This document shows positions 39,597 through 48,742 of a DNA stretch of 64,000 bases, in pieces (position 1 is the stretch's first letter; each line of letters begins with the position of its first letter). The DNA lies in assembly GCA_017409025.1 (NCBI GenBank), contig JAFQTN010000005.1:12650-76649 (forward strand), given 5' to 3'. The DNA is from Bacilli bacterium (GTDB lineage Bacteria; Bacillota_I; Bacilli_A; RF39; UBA660). The notes under the pieces were generated by a model. It was not told the DNA's origin and ran no database searches. It worked only from the letters and a program-made list of their open reading frames with translations. Made by a program: the position numbers and the translations under genes.

Positions 39597-40658
39597 GTGA
39601 TAAATAGATTAGAAGCAATACAAAATAGATATAATGAAATATCTAAAGAATTATCATCTCCTGAAGTAATAAATGATATAAAGAAAATGACAGAATTGTC
39701 AAAAGAACAAAGAAGATTATCACAAACTGTTGAAATATATGAAAAATATAAAGGAGTATTATCTGATATTGAAGCAGCCAAAGAAATGCTTGAAGATAAA
39801 GAAATGCAAGAGTTTGCCAAAGAAGAAATATCTTCACTAACTTCTATCAAAGAAGACTTAGAAAAAGAACTTGAAGTATTATTATTACCACATGATCCTA
39901 ACGATGAAAAAAATGTTATCGTAGAAATTCGTGGTGCAGCCGGTGGAGATGAAGCAAATATATTTGCTGGGGACTTATTTGATATGTATACTCATTATGC
40001 TAATAACTTTGGTTGGAAAATAGAAACACTAAACGAAGAAGCAGGGACTGCTGGTGGTTTCTCTCAAATAGAATTCATGATAAAAGGTGAAGGTGCTTAC
40101 TCAAAATTAAAATATGAGTCAGGTGCCCACAGAGTACAAAGAGTTCCAGAAACTGAATCACAAGGAAGAGTTCATACATCAACAGCAACAGTATTAGTAA
40201 TGCCTGAAGCAGAGGAATTTGACTATGAATTAGATGAAAGCGAAGTAAGAATAGATATAACAAGAAGTAGTGGATGTGGTGGACAAGGAGTAAACACTAC
40301 AGATTCAGCTGTAAGATTAACTCACTTACCAACAGGTATTATCGTATACTCTCAAACTGAAAGAAGCCAAATCAAAAACAAAGAAAAAGCTTTTAAAATC
40401 TTAAAAACAAGACTATATGATTTAAAACTAAGAGAACAAGAAGAAGCAAACGCCGCAGAAAGAAAAAATAAAATTGGAACTGGTGATAGATCAGAAAAAA
40501 TAAGAACTTATAACTATCCACAAAACAGAGTAACAGACCACAGAATTGGTTTTACATCAATGAATTTAGATAGAATTATGACTGGCGACCTAGGAGTTAT
40601 AATTGAAGCTCTAATAAATGAAAATCAAAGAATAGAATTAGAAAATCATGAAATATAA
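39597..40658 (+). CDS. prfA: Peptide chain release factor 1
   Basis: SGCGGQGVNT (GGQ) motif and a PxT-type tripeptide region PET in RVQRVPETESQGRVHTS (canonical RF1 is PAT/PVT). GTG start. Confidence 0.95.
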   Translation: MINRLEAIQNRYNEISKELSSPEVINDIKKMTELSKEQRRLSQTVEIYEKYKGVLSDIEAAKEMLEDKEMQEFAKEEISSLTSIKEDLEKELEVLLLPHDPNDEKNVIVEIRGAAGGDEANIFAGDLFDMYTHYANNFGWKIETLNEEAGTAGGFSQIEFMIKGEGAYSKLKYESGAHRVQRVPETESQGRVHTSTATVLVMPEAEEFDYELDESEVRIDITRSSGCGGQGVNTTDSAVRLTHLPTGIIVYSQTERSQIKNKEKAFKILKTRLYDLKLREQEEANAAERKNKIGTGDRSEKIRTYNYPQNRVTDHRIGFTSMNLDRIMTGDLGVIIEALINENQRIELENHEI

Positions 40659-41400
40659 TAAAAGTGACTTAGATTATTTAAAAAAATATATTAATGAAAA
40701 CAAACTAGATAATAATTATTATAATGAATGCCTAAAAGAATTAGAAAAAGGAAAACCTATACAATATATAATAGGTAATGTAGATTTTTATGGTAATATT
40801 ATCAAAGTTAACCCTTCAGTTCTAATACCTAGATTTGAAACAGAACTTCTAGTAGACCTTACAATAAAAAAAATAAAAAATATCTTTAAAGATAAACAAA
40901 TAGATATTCTAGATCTAGGTACAGGTAGTGGCTGTATTGCTATAACATTAAAAAAAGAAATTAATTCTAATGTAGATGCCTTAGATATATCTTCTGAAGC
41001 ATTAATGGTAGCTAAAACTAATGCCAAAGAAAACAATGTAGAAATTAATTTTATCCATAAAGATATGACTATATATAAAGAAAAAAAATACGATGTAATT
41101 ATTTCTAATCCACCATATATAAGATACAATGAAGAAATAATGGATATTGTAAAGAATAATGAACCACACTTAGCTTTATATGCCAATGATGATGGCCTAT
41201 ATTTCTATAAAGAAATAATAAAAAATATTCCTAACATAACTAAAGACAAATATTTAGTATGCTTTGAAATAGGAGAGTCACAATCAACAGTTATTGTTGA
41301 TATAGCAAAAGAATATTTAAAAGATGTAAACATTTCTGTTCATAAAGACTATTCAGATAAAGATAGATTTATATTTATAACTAATGAGCCAAATAATTAA
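40648..41400 (+). CDS. prmC: Release-factor glutamine N5-methyltransferase
   Basis: DLGTGSGCIA SAM motif and NPPY. Overlaps the prfA stop. Confidence 0.9.
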   Translation: MKYNKSDLDYLKKYINENKLDNNYYNECLKELEKGKPIQYIIGNVDFYGNIIKVNPSVLIPRFETELLVDLTIKKIKNIFKDKQIDILDLGTGSGCIAITLKKEINSNVDALDISSEALMVAKTNAKENNVEINFIHKDMTIYKEKKYDVIISNPPYIRYNEEIMDIVKNNEPHLALYANDDGLYFYKEIIKNIPNITKDKYLVCFEIGESQSTVIVDIAKEYLKDVNISVHKDYSDKDRFIFITNEPNN

Positions 41401-41460
41401 TTTTGACTCATTTTTGTTTAGAAAATAAAAATATATAACAATATACTAATAGGTGATAAA

Positions 41461-41976
41461 ATGAAAAGAAAAATATTCTTGTTAGTATTAGGACTAATCT
41501 TAATAGCAATATATTCAGTAAGTGAAACAGAATTATCTATACCAGATTCATCTATTAGATTAAGAGTAATACCTAATAGTAATAATTCTATGGATATAAA
41601 TATTAAAGAACAAGTAAAAGACTATCTAGAAACAGATGTCTATACACTATTAAAAGAAACAAATGATATAGATTCGGCAAGAAATATAATTAATAATAAT
41701 ATTCCTAAAATAGAAACAAATATAGACAATATCTTTAAAGATAATAATTATAATATTCCTTATGAAGTAAATTTTGGTTATAATTATTTTCCAGAAAAAA
41801 CATTTGCTGGAGAAAATTATCAAGAAGGGTATTATGAATCATTAGTAATATATATCGGAGATGCAAAAGGAGATAATTGGTGGTGTGTCTTGTTTCCAAA
41901 TTTTTGCCTTGTAGATACAGAAAAAGATACAGAATATAAATCTTATTTCAAAGAGTTATTTAATAAAATATTCTAA
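41461..41976 (+). CDS. spoIIR: Stage II sporulation protein R
   Basis: IRLRVIPNSN and GDNWWCVLFP signature motifs. Confidence 0.85.
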   Translation: MKRKIFLLVLGLILIAIYSVSETELSIPDSSIRLRVIPNSNNSMDINIKEQVKDYLETDVYTLLKETNDIDSARNIINNNIPKIETNIDNIFKDNNYNIPYEVNFGYNYFPEKTFAGENYQEGYYESLVIYIGDAKGDNWWCVLFPNFCLVDTEKDTEYKSYFKELFNKIF

Positions 41977-42013
41977 AAAATAAAAAGAAGAGTAATATTA
42001 AATAGGTGATATT

Positions 42014-42547
42014 ATGTCTTCTTTTTTAACTATTCTAATAATTGGTATCAGTCTAAGTATGGATGCCTTCTCTCTAGCTTTAATATATGGTATGCAAGGT
42101 ATGTCAAAAAGAAATAAAATATTATTGTCTTTAATCGTAGGTATATATCATTTTATAATGCCATTAATAGGATTAACATTTGGAACTATCCTAGATAATA
42201 TAAATTTAATGAGTATTGATATTATTGCATCCCTAATACTAATTTATATTGGTATTGACTTAATAATCTCTAATTCTAAAAAAGAAGATAGATTAGAAAT
42301 AAACAAACTAGGCTTTATAATCTTTGGCTTATCTGTCAGTATAGATAGTCTTACCGTAGGTATTGGCTTAAAAGCACTAACAGACAACTATTTAATCTCA
42401 TCAATAACATTTTCTCTGTCTAGTTTAATATTTACATATACAGGATTACTTTTAGGAAATATAATAGGAAGTAAAGTAGGAAAATATTCCAAACTCACAG
42501 GAGGTATAATCCTTATATGTATAGCAATTATAATGTTTATTAGATAA
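42014..42547 (+). CDS. mntP: Manganese efflux pump MntP
   Basis: Six TM segments. The SMDAFS motif appears in the first half and SIDSL in the second. Confidence 0.85.
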   Translation: MSSFLTILIIGISLSMDAFSLALIYGMQGMSKRNKILLSLIVGIYHFIMPLIGLTFGTILDNINLMSIDIIASLILIYIGIDLIISNSKKEDRLEINKLGFIIFGLSVSIDSLTVGIGLKALTDNYLISSITFSLSSLIFTYTGLLLGNIIGSKVGKYSKLTGGIILICIAIIMFIR

Positions 42548-42552
42548 AATTG

Positions 42553-42581
42553 TTGACAAACAACTATATTCATGATAAAAT
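42553..42581 (+). promoter_or_regulatory. tRNA-His promoter
   Basis: TTGACA, 17 nt, then TGaTAAAAT, 12 nt upstream of the tRNA. Confidence 0.55.
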
Positions 42582-42593
42582 TACAAACGTACT

Positions 42594-42670
42594 GGCGGAT
42601 TTGGTGAAGTGGTTAACACATTGGATTGTGGTTCCAACATACGTGGGTTCGATTCCCACAATCCGTCCCA
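42594..42670 (+). tRNA. tRNA-His (anticodon GUG) with encoded G(-1)
   Basis: G-GCGGATT...AATCCGT-C-CCA. The anticodon loop is TTGTGGT. The extra 5' G opposite discriminator C is the tRNA-His hallmark. Confidence 0.95.
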
Positions 42671-42710
42671 GATAGAATATAAAGAAGCAGGAATGAGCTT
42701 CTTTTTTCAT
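42665..42710 (+). repeat. 46-nt direct repeat, copy 1 (tRNA-His 3' tip plus terminator hairpin)
   Basis: GTCCCAGATAGAATATAAAGAAGCAGGAATGAGCTTCTTTTTTCAT versus 45676-45721. About 40 of 46 positions are identical, and the differences lie mostly in the hairpin loop. Confidence 0.85.
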
Positions 42711-42777
42711 ATATTTAAGAAGGTATGGAAAAGGATAACAAATTATGGTATTATATTATTCATTAACAGGGGGAAAT

Positions 42778-43746
42778 ATGGAAAATTTTAAGGTATTAAC
42801 ATACGAAGAAGAAAAGAAACTTACAGTAGATGAAAGAAAAATATATTATATAAGATTAAAAGAATATTTATCTAGTTTAAAATATTCTTTACCTAAAGAA
42901 AAGTATTTAACAATTTGTGAAATATTAAACAAAAAAGTAGTAAGAACTATAGTTGATAAAATTAAAGGATATGATTTATTCATAGAGAATCAGAGTATAA
43001 TTCCAACTAGGCCAGTAATCTATGCATCTTCTCACCAAGATTTTAATGACCATTTTAATGTTGTATTATCTATACCAACTCATATGATTATCTTAAATTC
43101 TAGTAATGTCCCTAGTATAATTAAATTCGTCATGGGGATACACGGTATTGAGTATGTTGACAGAAATGATTCACAAAGTAGATTTGAATCTAAAATGCAT
43201 CTAATGGAATATTTATCCAAAGGTAAAAGTATTGTTGTGTTTCCGGAAGCAACATATAATTGCTCTCCAAATAAATTAATACTTCCATTACATAGTGGAG
43301 TAATTGATATAGCAAAAAAAATGCAAGCACCAATAGTACCACTAGTTCAGGAATATGATTTTGATAATTCTAGATTAGATGGAAAAAATAGAGTAAAAAG
43401 TTGTACAGTAAGATTTGGTATGCCAATATATGTTTCTTATGATGATAATATCCAAGCAAAGAAAGAAGAATTGCGAGATGCTATGGCAACTATTAGATAT
43501 AACTTGATTGAACAAAAAGGAATTTTTTCTAGAGAAGAAATTTCTAATGAAGAATATATTAGTTATCTATTATCAAGATTAGATACTATGGATTTAATGA
43601 AAGTAAATTATGAAATTGAAAAAAATACAATATATGGCGCAAGTGATGAATTTTATCAATATCACCCTATAAATGCAGTTCCATATAACGAAAAAGGTGA
43701 ATTATTGACAACTGGCCCTGTAAGAAAATTAACAATTGCAAAATAA
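42778..43746 (+). CDS. Lysophospholipid/glycerol-phosphate acyltransferase-family protein (PlsC-like)
   Basis: HQDFND (HX4D) and FPEATYN motifs. AGGGGGAAAT RBS before the ATG at 42778. Confidence 0.8.
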   Translation: MENFKVLTYEEEKKLTVDERKIYYIRLKEYLSSLKYSLPKEKYLTICEILNKKVVRTIVDKIKGYDLFIENQSIIPTRPVIYASSHQDFNDHFNVVLSIPTHMIILNSSNVPSIIKFVMGIHGIEYVDRNDSQSRFESKMHLMEYLSKGKSIVVFPEATYNCSPNKLILPLHSGVIDIAKKMQAPIVPLVQEYDFDNSRLDGKNRVKSCTVRFGMPIYVSYDDNIQAKKEELRDAMATIRYNLIEQKGIFSREEISNEEYISYLLSRLDTMDLMKVNYEIEKNTIYGASDEFYQYHPINAVPYNEKGELLTTGPVRKLTIAK

Positions 43747-43791
43747 ATAACCAGATTGAAAAACATTATGTTATAATTAACATAATAGGAA

Positions 43792-45579
43792 GTGGTTAGT
43801 GTGTATTCGATTTTTGAGTTATCGTTACCAATTTGTGCAATTGTTTTTTCATTGTTATTAATAATAGTTTATTTTACAAAACGAAGAATAAATTTGTTGG
43901 AAAACAAAATGTATTGTGTTATGCTAATTTGCGTTTTTATAGATAGTATTTTAGTAACACTAGAAAAAGGATTAGTTATTAACCAAGAATTATTAGAAAT
44001 TCCACAAATAACACAATTTGTCGTAGGAGTTCTAAATAAATTTGATGCAACTACCTTAATAGTACTTACTTCAGCTTTATTCTTATATATATACATAATA
44101 ACGATAAAACCTAACGATAAGCAATTTAAAAAGACATTATATGCAACAATATCTATGAATATAATTTTTATGATTTTGATATTTTTACTAGATGTACATT
44201 TGATTACAAATGGAGAAATTATTAGTATTTCAGGAACAGCTTTATATCCAACGTATATTGGATGTGGATTAAATATAATACAATCAATATTTATAACACT
44301 TTTAAATATTAAGAAAATAACAAAAAAACATATTCCATTAATAATTACAATATTAATGTTTATATTACTAATTTTAATCTTCACATTTAATCCATACATA
44401 ACAGTCATTTCAATATTGCTTACATTCGTAAACTATGTAATGTACTATACAATTGAAAATCCTGATATACAATTATTAGAAGAAATTCATAAATCAAAAG
44501 AAATATCAGATAGTGCAAATGAAGAAAAAACATTATTTTTATATAATATGACTCAAGAAATTAGAAATATTAATAAAAAGATAGATGATGATGCAGATAT
44601 TATTTTAGATAGTAAAGATTGGGAAGAAACTTATGAAAGTGCTAGAGATATTAAATCTTTAACATCTAAATTTAATTCAATGACTAATGAGATTTTAGAT
44701 ATTTCACAAATAAGTTCATCTAATATAAAGGTATATAACACCAAATATAACATCAAAAACCTTCTTAAACACATTGTAAATATCTACACGGATATTAGTA
44801 AAGATAAAGAATTAAAGTTTATTACTAATATTGATCATAATATACCAGAAATACTATATGGAGATTCAATAGAATTAAAAGAAATACTAACAATAATTTT
44901 AAATAACAGTACTAAATATACAGAAAAAGGATACATTGAATTTAACGTTAATACAATTATAAAAAATGATATATGTAGATTAATAATTACAATTGAAGAT
45001 TCAGGAACTGGTATTAGTAGTGAAAATATTAATAAAATAAAAATAGCTAAAAAATCCTTATCTAAAGCAAATGAATTAATTACTTTAATGAATGGTACGA
45101 TGATGATATCATCAGATTATGGCAAAGGCACAAAAATTAAAATAATATTAGATCAAAAAATGGAAATAATCGAAAATAAAGAAGTATCAAAATATGAGAA
45201 CATATTTAATAATGTAAAAATACTTGCCATTGATGATTTGGAGTCTGGACTTAAAATAATTGATAAGCTGTTAAAAGATACAAATATTGAACTAGACAAA
45301 GCTATAAATGGTAAAGATAGTATAAATAAAATAAGAATAAATAAATACGATATTATATTACTGGATGAAGAATTATCACAAATAAGTGGAATAGAGTTAA
45401 TCAAAAAAATTAAAGAAATCAGAAATTTTAATACACCTATAATTTTGTTAACTAAAGATAATAGTTATGAATATAATGAAGAACATTTAAAATTAGGATT
45501 TAATGATTATATTTTAAAACCACTAAAAAAAGATAATTTATTAGCTAAAATTAATAAATATACAAAAAAAGGCGACTAG
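43792..45579 (+). CDS. Membrane hybrid sensor kinase/response-regulator-like protein with degenerate H-box
   Basis: About 6-7 N-terminal TM segments. The H-box reads FLYNMTQEIRN, with Q at the His position. N-box NNSTKYT, G1 EDSGTGI. The receiver domain has DD, LLD, T and KP residues. Confidence 0.8.
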   Translation: MVSVYSIFELSLPICAIVFSLLLIIVYFTKRRINLLENKMYCVMLICVFIDSILVTLEKGLVINQELLEIPQITQFVVGVLNKFDATTLIVLTSALFLYIYIITIKPNDKQFKKTLYATISMNIIFMILIFLLDVHLITNGEIISISGTALYPTYIGCGLNIIQSIFITLLNIKKITKKHIPLIITILMFILLILIFTFNPYITVISILLTFVNYVMYYTIENPDIQLLEEIHKSKEISDSANEEKTLFLYNMTQEIRNINKKIDDDADIILDSKDWEETYESARDIKSLTSKFNSMTNEILDISQISSSNIKVYNTKYNIKNLLKHIVNIYTDISKDKELKFITNIDHNIPEILYGDSIELKEILTIILNNSTKYTEKGYIEFNVNTIIKNDICRLIITIEDSGTGISSENINKIKIAKKSLSKANELITLMNGTMMISSDYGKGTKIKIILDQKMEIIENKEVSKYENIFNNVKILAIDDLESGLKIIDKLLKDTNIELDKAINGKDSINKIRINKYDIILLDEELSQISGIELIKKIKEIRNFNTPIILLTKDNSYEYNEEHLKLGFNDYILKPLKKDNLLAKINKYTKKGD

Positions 45580-45604
45580 TATTACGTTTAAAATCCAAAA
45601 ACAC

Positions 45605-45721
45605 TTGAATAAGAAGCAAAACAGAGTTATAATTACATTAACGAATCGATATCTTTGTAGATGGTTCTAATACTGGTCCCAGATAGAATATTAAGAAGCA
45701 AAAAAATGCTTCTTTTTTCAT
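45605..45721 (+). pseudogene. Decayed tRNA-His-like locus: intact promoter, homologous leader, about 31 nt of degenerate body, conserved 3' tip and terminator
   Basis: TTGAAT, 17 nt, TATAAT at 45605-45633. The leader TACATTAACGAA resembles TACAAACGTA. GATGGTTCTAATAC resembles GTGGGTTCGATTCC. It ends with copy 2 of the 46-nt repeat (45676-45721). Confidence 0.45.
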
Positions 45722-45752
45722 AAAAAAATCGTCTCATTAAGAAACGATCTCT

Positions 45753-47093
45753 TTATTTATTCTTTAAATAATTAACAACTTCAATTAATTTCATGCCATT
45801 AGATCCTTTGACTAAGATAGTATCTCCATCTTTAAGAATACTATCGATATCTTGCAGTAATTGCCCATTACTCTCAAAATAATAACATTCAGTATTATTA
45901 TTTTTCACAACCTCATAAGTATATTTTGATAATTTACCTACAGTAATTAATAAATCTATATTATTTTCAATAATAATATTTCCAATTTCCTTATGAATAT
46001 TCTCTCCATATTCATCAAGTTCTAATATATCAGCAAAAATAAACACTTTTCTACCATTAACTTTGCCAAGTAATTCTAAACCATTTTTAACAGAATCTAA
46101 ACTTGCATTATATGTATCATCTATAATATTAATACTATCAGTCTTAATTAATTCTAATCTATGTGGAGTTAAAGTAAATGATTTTAATGAATTACTTATT
46201 TCTTCACTAGATATTCCTAGTTTTGTTCCTACTGCATAAGCAAATAATGCATTATATATAAATGCTTTACTACCAACAGGTAATTCTATATATTGATTAT
46301 TTATATAAAAATTACTAGCAAAAACCTTATCTTGAATTTCTTTAGCTATATAATCACTTTCGTTTTCAATTCCTACAGTAATTAAATTATTATATTTAAC
46401 AGTTCTTAACATATCATTATCATTATTAATAATTAAAATACCATCATCCATTCCATCTAGTATTTCTAATTTAGCTTTAAGAATATTTTCTCTACTACCA
46501 AGATTACCAATATGAGCAGTCCCAATATTAGTAATAACTGCAATTGTTGGCCTAACTATATTTGATAAAATATGTAGTTCTCCAAAATGGTTCATTCCCA
46601 TTTCAACTACCAAAGCATCATGATCATTAAGTTCTAATATCGTCAAAGGAACACCAATATGGTTGTTTAAATTTCCCTTAGTAGATAAAACTCTATATTT
46701 AGATTTTAAAACTGAATATATAATATCTTTAACAGAAGTTTTTCCAACACTACCAGTAACAGCTATAACAGGTATATCATATAAACTTCTTTTATACTTA
46801 GCTAACTCTTGTAATGAGCTAATCGTATTATCCACTAAGATAATATTTTTATCTCTATAAGTATCATCTATTTTGGTATCATTATCTAATAAACAAAGAC
46901 TAGCACCCTTAGAAAATGCTTCTTTATAAAAATTATTTCCATTAAAAGTATCTCCTTTAATACCTACATAAATATCTCCTTCATTTAATTTTCTAGTATC
47001 AGTACAAAAATTAATACATTCTAAATCTAAATTTTCTATATTAGAAAATAATTTTCCATTACATAAATTAATAATATCTCTAACGTATATCAT
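45753..47093 (-). CDS. murF: UDP-MurNAc-tripeptide--D-alanyl-D-alanine ligase
   Basis: Canonical-length (446 aa) Mur ligase with VTGSVGKTS, a TNIGTAHIGNLGS region, and DDTYNAS. Confidence 0.9.
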   Translation of the reverse strand: MIYVRDIINLCNGKLFSNIENLDLECINFCTDTRKLNEGDIYVGIKGDTFNGNNFYKEAFSKGASLCLLDNDTKIDDTYRDKNIILVDNTISSLQELAKYKRSLYDIPVIAVTGSVGKTSVKDIIYSVLKSKYRVLSTKGNLNNHIGVPLTILELNDHDALVVEMGMNHFGELHILSNIVRPTIAVITNIGTAHIGNLGSRENILKAKLEILDGMDDGILIINNDNDMLRTVKYNNLITVGIENESDYIAKEIQDKVFASNFYINNQYIELPVGSKAFIYNALFAYAVGTKLGISSEEISNSLKSFTLTPHRLELIKTDSINIIDDTYNASLDSVKNGLELLGKVNGRKVFIFADILELDEYGENIHKEIGNIIIENNIDLLITVGKLSKYTYEVVKNNNTECYYFESNGQLLQDIDSILKDGDTILVKGSNGMKLIEVVNYLKNK

Positions 47094-47175
47094 TGTATCA
47101 CCCTCAAATAAATTATATCACAGATTATAATATAATACTAATAAGAAAAACAGTATGCAAATACTGTTTCATATA

Positions 47176-47508
47176 TTATTTTTTAGAATTATTAGTCATA
47201 ACACAAAGCATTTTTAAAACAAAATCTAAATCCTTGTTAGATAATGATATACAATATTGATTAATCTTTTTAATTTTTTCTTTTCTAATATCTGCTCCGT
47301 CGTGACCATCCAAATTAATTCCAAGTAGATTATCAATACTAATATTAAAAGAGTGTGCTAATTTTGATAATATTTCTGCCGTAGGTAATGACTTGTTAGT
47401 TTCAATTCTAGATAAATAATTTCTATTTATTTCTAATTTTTTAGCTAATTCTTCCTGACTAAGATTGTGATTGTATCTGATATTTTTAATTTTGCTTCCT
47501 AAATCCAT
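47176..47508 (-). CDS. XRE-family HTH transcriptional regulator
   Basis: LSQEELAKKLEINRNYLSRIETNKSLP helix-turn-helix. Terminator hairpin at 47143-47168. Confidence 0.85.
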   Translation of the reverse strand: MDLGSKIKNIRYNHNLSQEELAKKLEINRNYLSRIETNKSLPTAEILSKLAHSFNISIDNLLGINLDGHDGADIRKEKIKKINQYCISLSNKDLDFVLKMLCVMTNNSKK

Positions 47509-47573
47509 AACAGCCTCCCACTTAAACTACCAAAATTATAATAAATTTAAAGAGAATATTTGTGATATTAACA

Positions 47574-47606
47574 AAATATTACCAATGTTGGTGCAAATAT
47601 TACCAA
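47574..47606. promoter_or_regulatory. Candidate operator in the XRE/HD divergent intergenic region
   Basis: AAATATTACCAA occurs twice, at 47574 and 47595 (21-bp spacing). It overlaps a perfect palindrome ACCAATGTTGGT at 47581-47592. Confidence 0.4.
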
Positions 47607-47715
47607 GAATGTATTAAAAATAAATTATCAAGATTAAAATCATTGAAAAAAATATGTATTTGTTATATACTTACTATAAGTATATTGTTAAAAGATAAAT
47701 TAAGAGAGGTATCTT

Positions 47716-48462
47716 ATGAAAAGCAGTAGATTATTAAAATATTTTGAAGAATACATAAAAAAAATAGACATGAACAATACCTGGTCAAAAGCAAAATATT
47801 TTCACTCACTAAAATCAATGGATCTTGCTAGAAATATAGCAAGTAATTTTAATATATTTGACGAAGAAGAATTAGTAGTTATTGAATTGATTGCACTATT
47901 CCATGATATTGGAAACTTTGAACAAAAGAACTATAATTACTTAGATAATCAAGAAGAAGATAGTACTATGAAATCTATACATGTATTATTTGATGAAGGA
48001 TTACTAAGAAAAATAACAGATGAAACAAAATATGATACTTTGATAAAACTAGGAATATTCTGTCACAATAAAGATGCCCTTCCTAAAAATATTGATGAAA
48101 AAACAGCATGTGTATGTAATATTATGAAAGATGTATATAAACTAGAAGAATTAAGAATGGTTATTAACTATCCATATATAGATAATCGAATTAACGATTA
48201 TCCTAGCACTCTAGTATATAATGATTTCAAATTGTTTAATAAAGTAAATAGCAAGATGTCAGATAATAATGCTGACAATATATTAATTGCTCTATCTAAT
48301 ATTTTTGATTTAAATTATAGATCAAGTTGTGCTCAAGTATTAGAAAAAGAATATGTAACAAAAATAGTAAATTCTTTAATATATGAAGATAAAAAGATAG
48401 AAAAATTCTTTAAACAAATTGAATCAGTATTAAATAATTATTTAAAGAAAAAAATAAGTTAA
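47716..48462 (+). CDS. HD-domain phosphohydrolase-family protein (paralog 1)
   Basis: FHDIGNFEQ HD motif. About 240 aa with the same architecture as 48743..49462. Confidence 0.75.
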   Translation: MKSSRLLKYFEEYIKKIDMNNTWSKAKYFHSLKSMDLARNIASNFNIFDEEELVVIELIALFHDIGNFEQKNYNYLDNQEEDSTMKSIHVLFDEGLLRKITDETKYDTLIKLGIFCHNKDALPKNIDEKTACVCNIMKDVYKLEELRMVINYPYIDNRINDYPSTLVYNDFKLFNKVNSKMSDNNADNILIALSNIFDLNYRSSCAQVLEKEYVTKIVNSLIYEDKKIEKFFKQIESVLNNYLKKKIS

Positions 48463-48510
48463 TATTGCAAAAATAAAAATGTATGTTATAATACATTAAA
48501 ATTAAAAAAC

Positions 48511-48723
48511 AAAGACCAAGAGGAGTAATCTATTATTTATTTAAAGAGAGTTAGTGTTTGGTGGAAACTAATAATAAATATGGATGAAGGTAGCTTGTAA
48601 GTTGTATATCTGAAATATAAGTAAGATATATCGTTAACTGCGTTAAAGTTTCAAGTGATAGATAAAATCTATAAGAAAGGTGGTACCACGGGTAAACTCG
48701 TCCTTTCATTATAGATTTTTTTT
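48511..48723 (+). promoter_or_regulatory. T-box riboswitch leader (probably tRNA-Val responsive) with terminator/antiterminator
   Basis: Promoter TTGCAA at 48465 and TATAAT at 48487. AGAGAG bulge, TGGTGGAAA distal loop, specifier region GAAGGTAGC at 48586-48594, and T-box GAAAGGTGGTACCACGGG at 48675-48693. A 15-bp terminator stem spans 48666-48717 and is followed by a T-run. Confidence 0.85.
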
Positions 48724-48742
48724 ATAAGAAAGGAGATACACA

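Noticed and set aside
39597-40658. Programmed frameshift in the release-factor gene
   Set aside because: The ORF is uninterrupted and is RF1 by operon context with prmC and its PxT-type tripeptide, not RF2. No internal in-frame stop or shift site is needed.
42609-42791. 60-aa ORF overlapping tRNA-His and its terminator
   Set aside because: It starts inside the tRNA gene, has no RBS, and is explained by the tRNA plus intergenic sequence.
48586-48594. Reading the T-box specifier as GGU (glycine)
   Set aside because: This reading is possible by register from the GAA motif. However, the T-box UGGU bulge predicts a discriminator A, whereas this genome's tRNA-Gly has U, and the regulated operon contains valS. 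It is kept only as an alternative, to be settled by covariance-model alignment.
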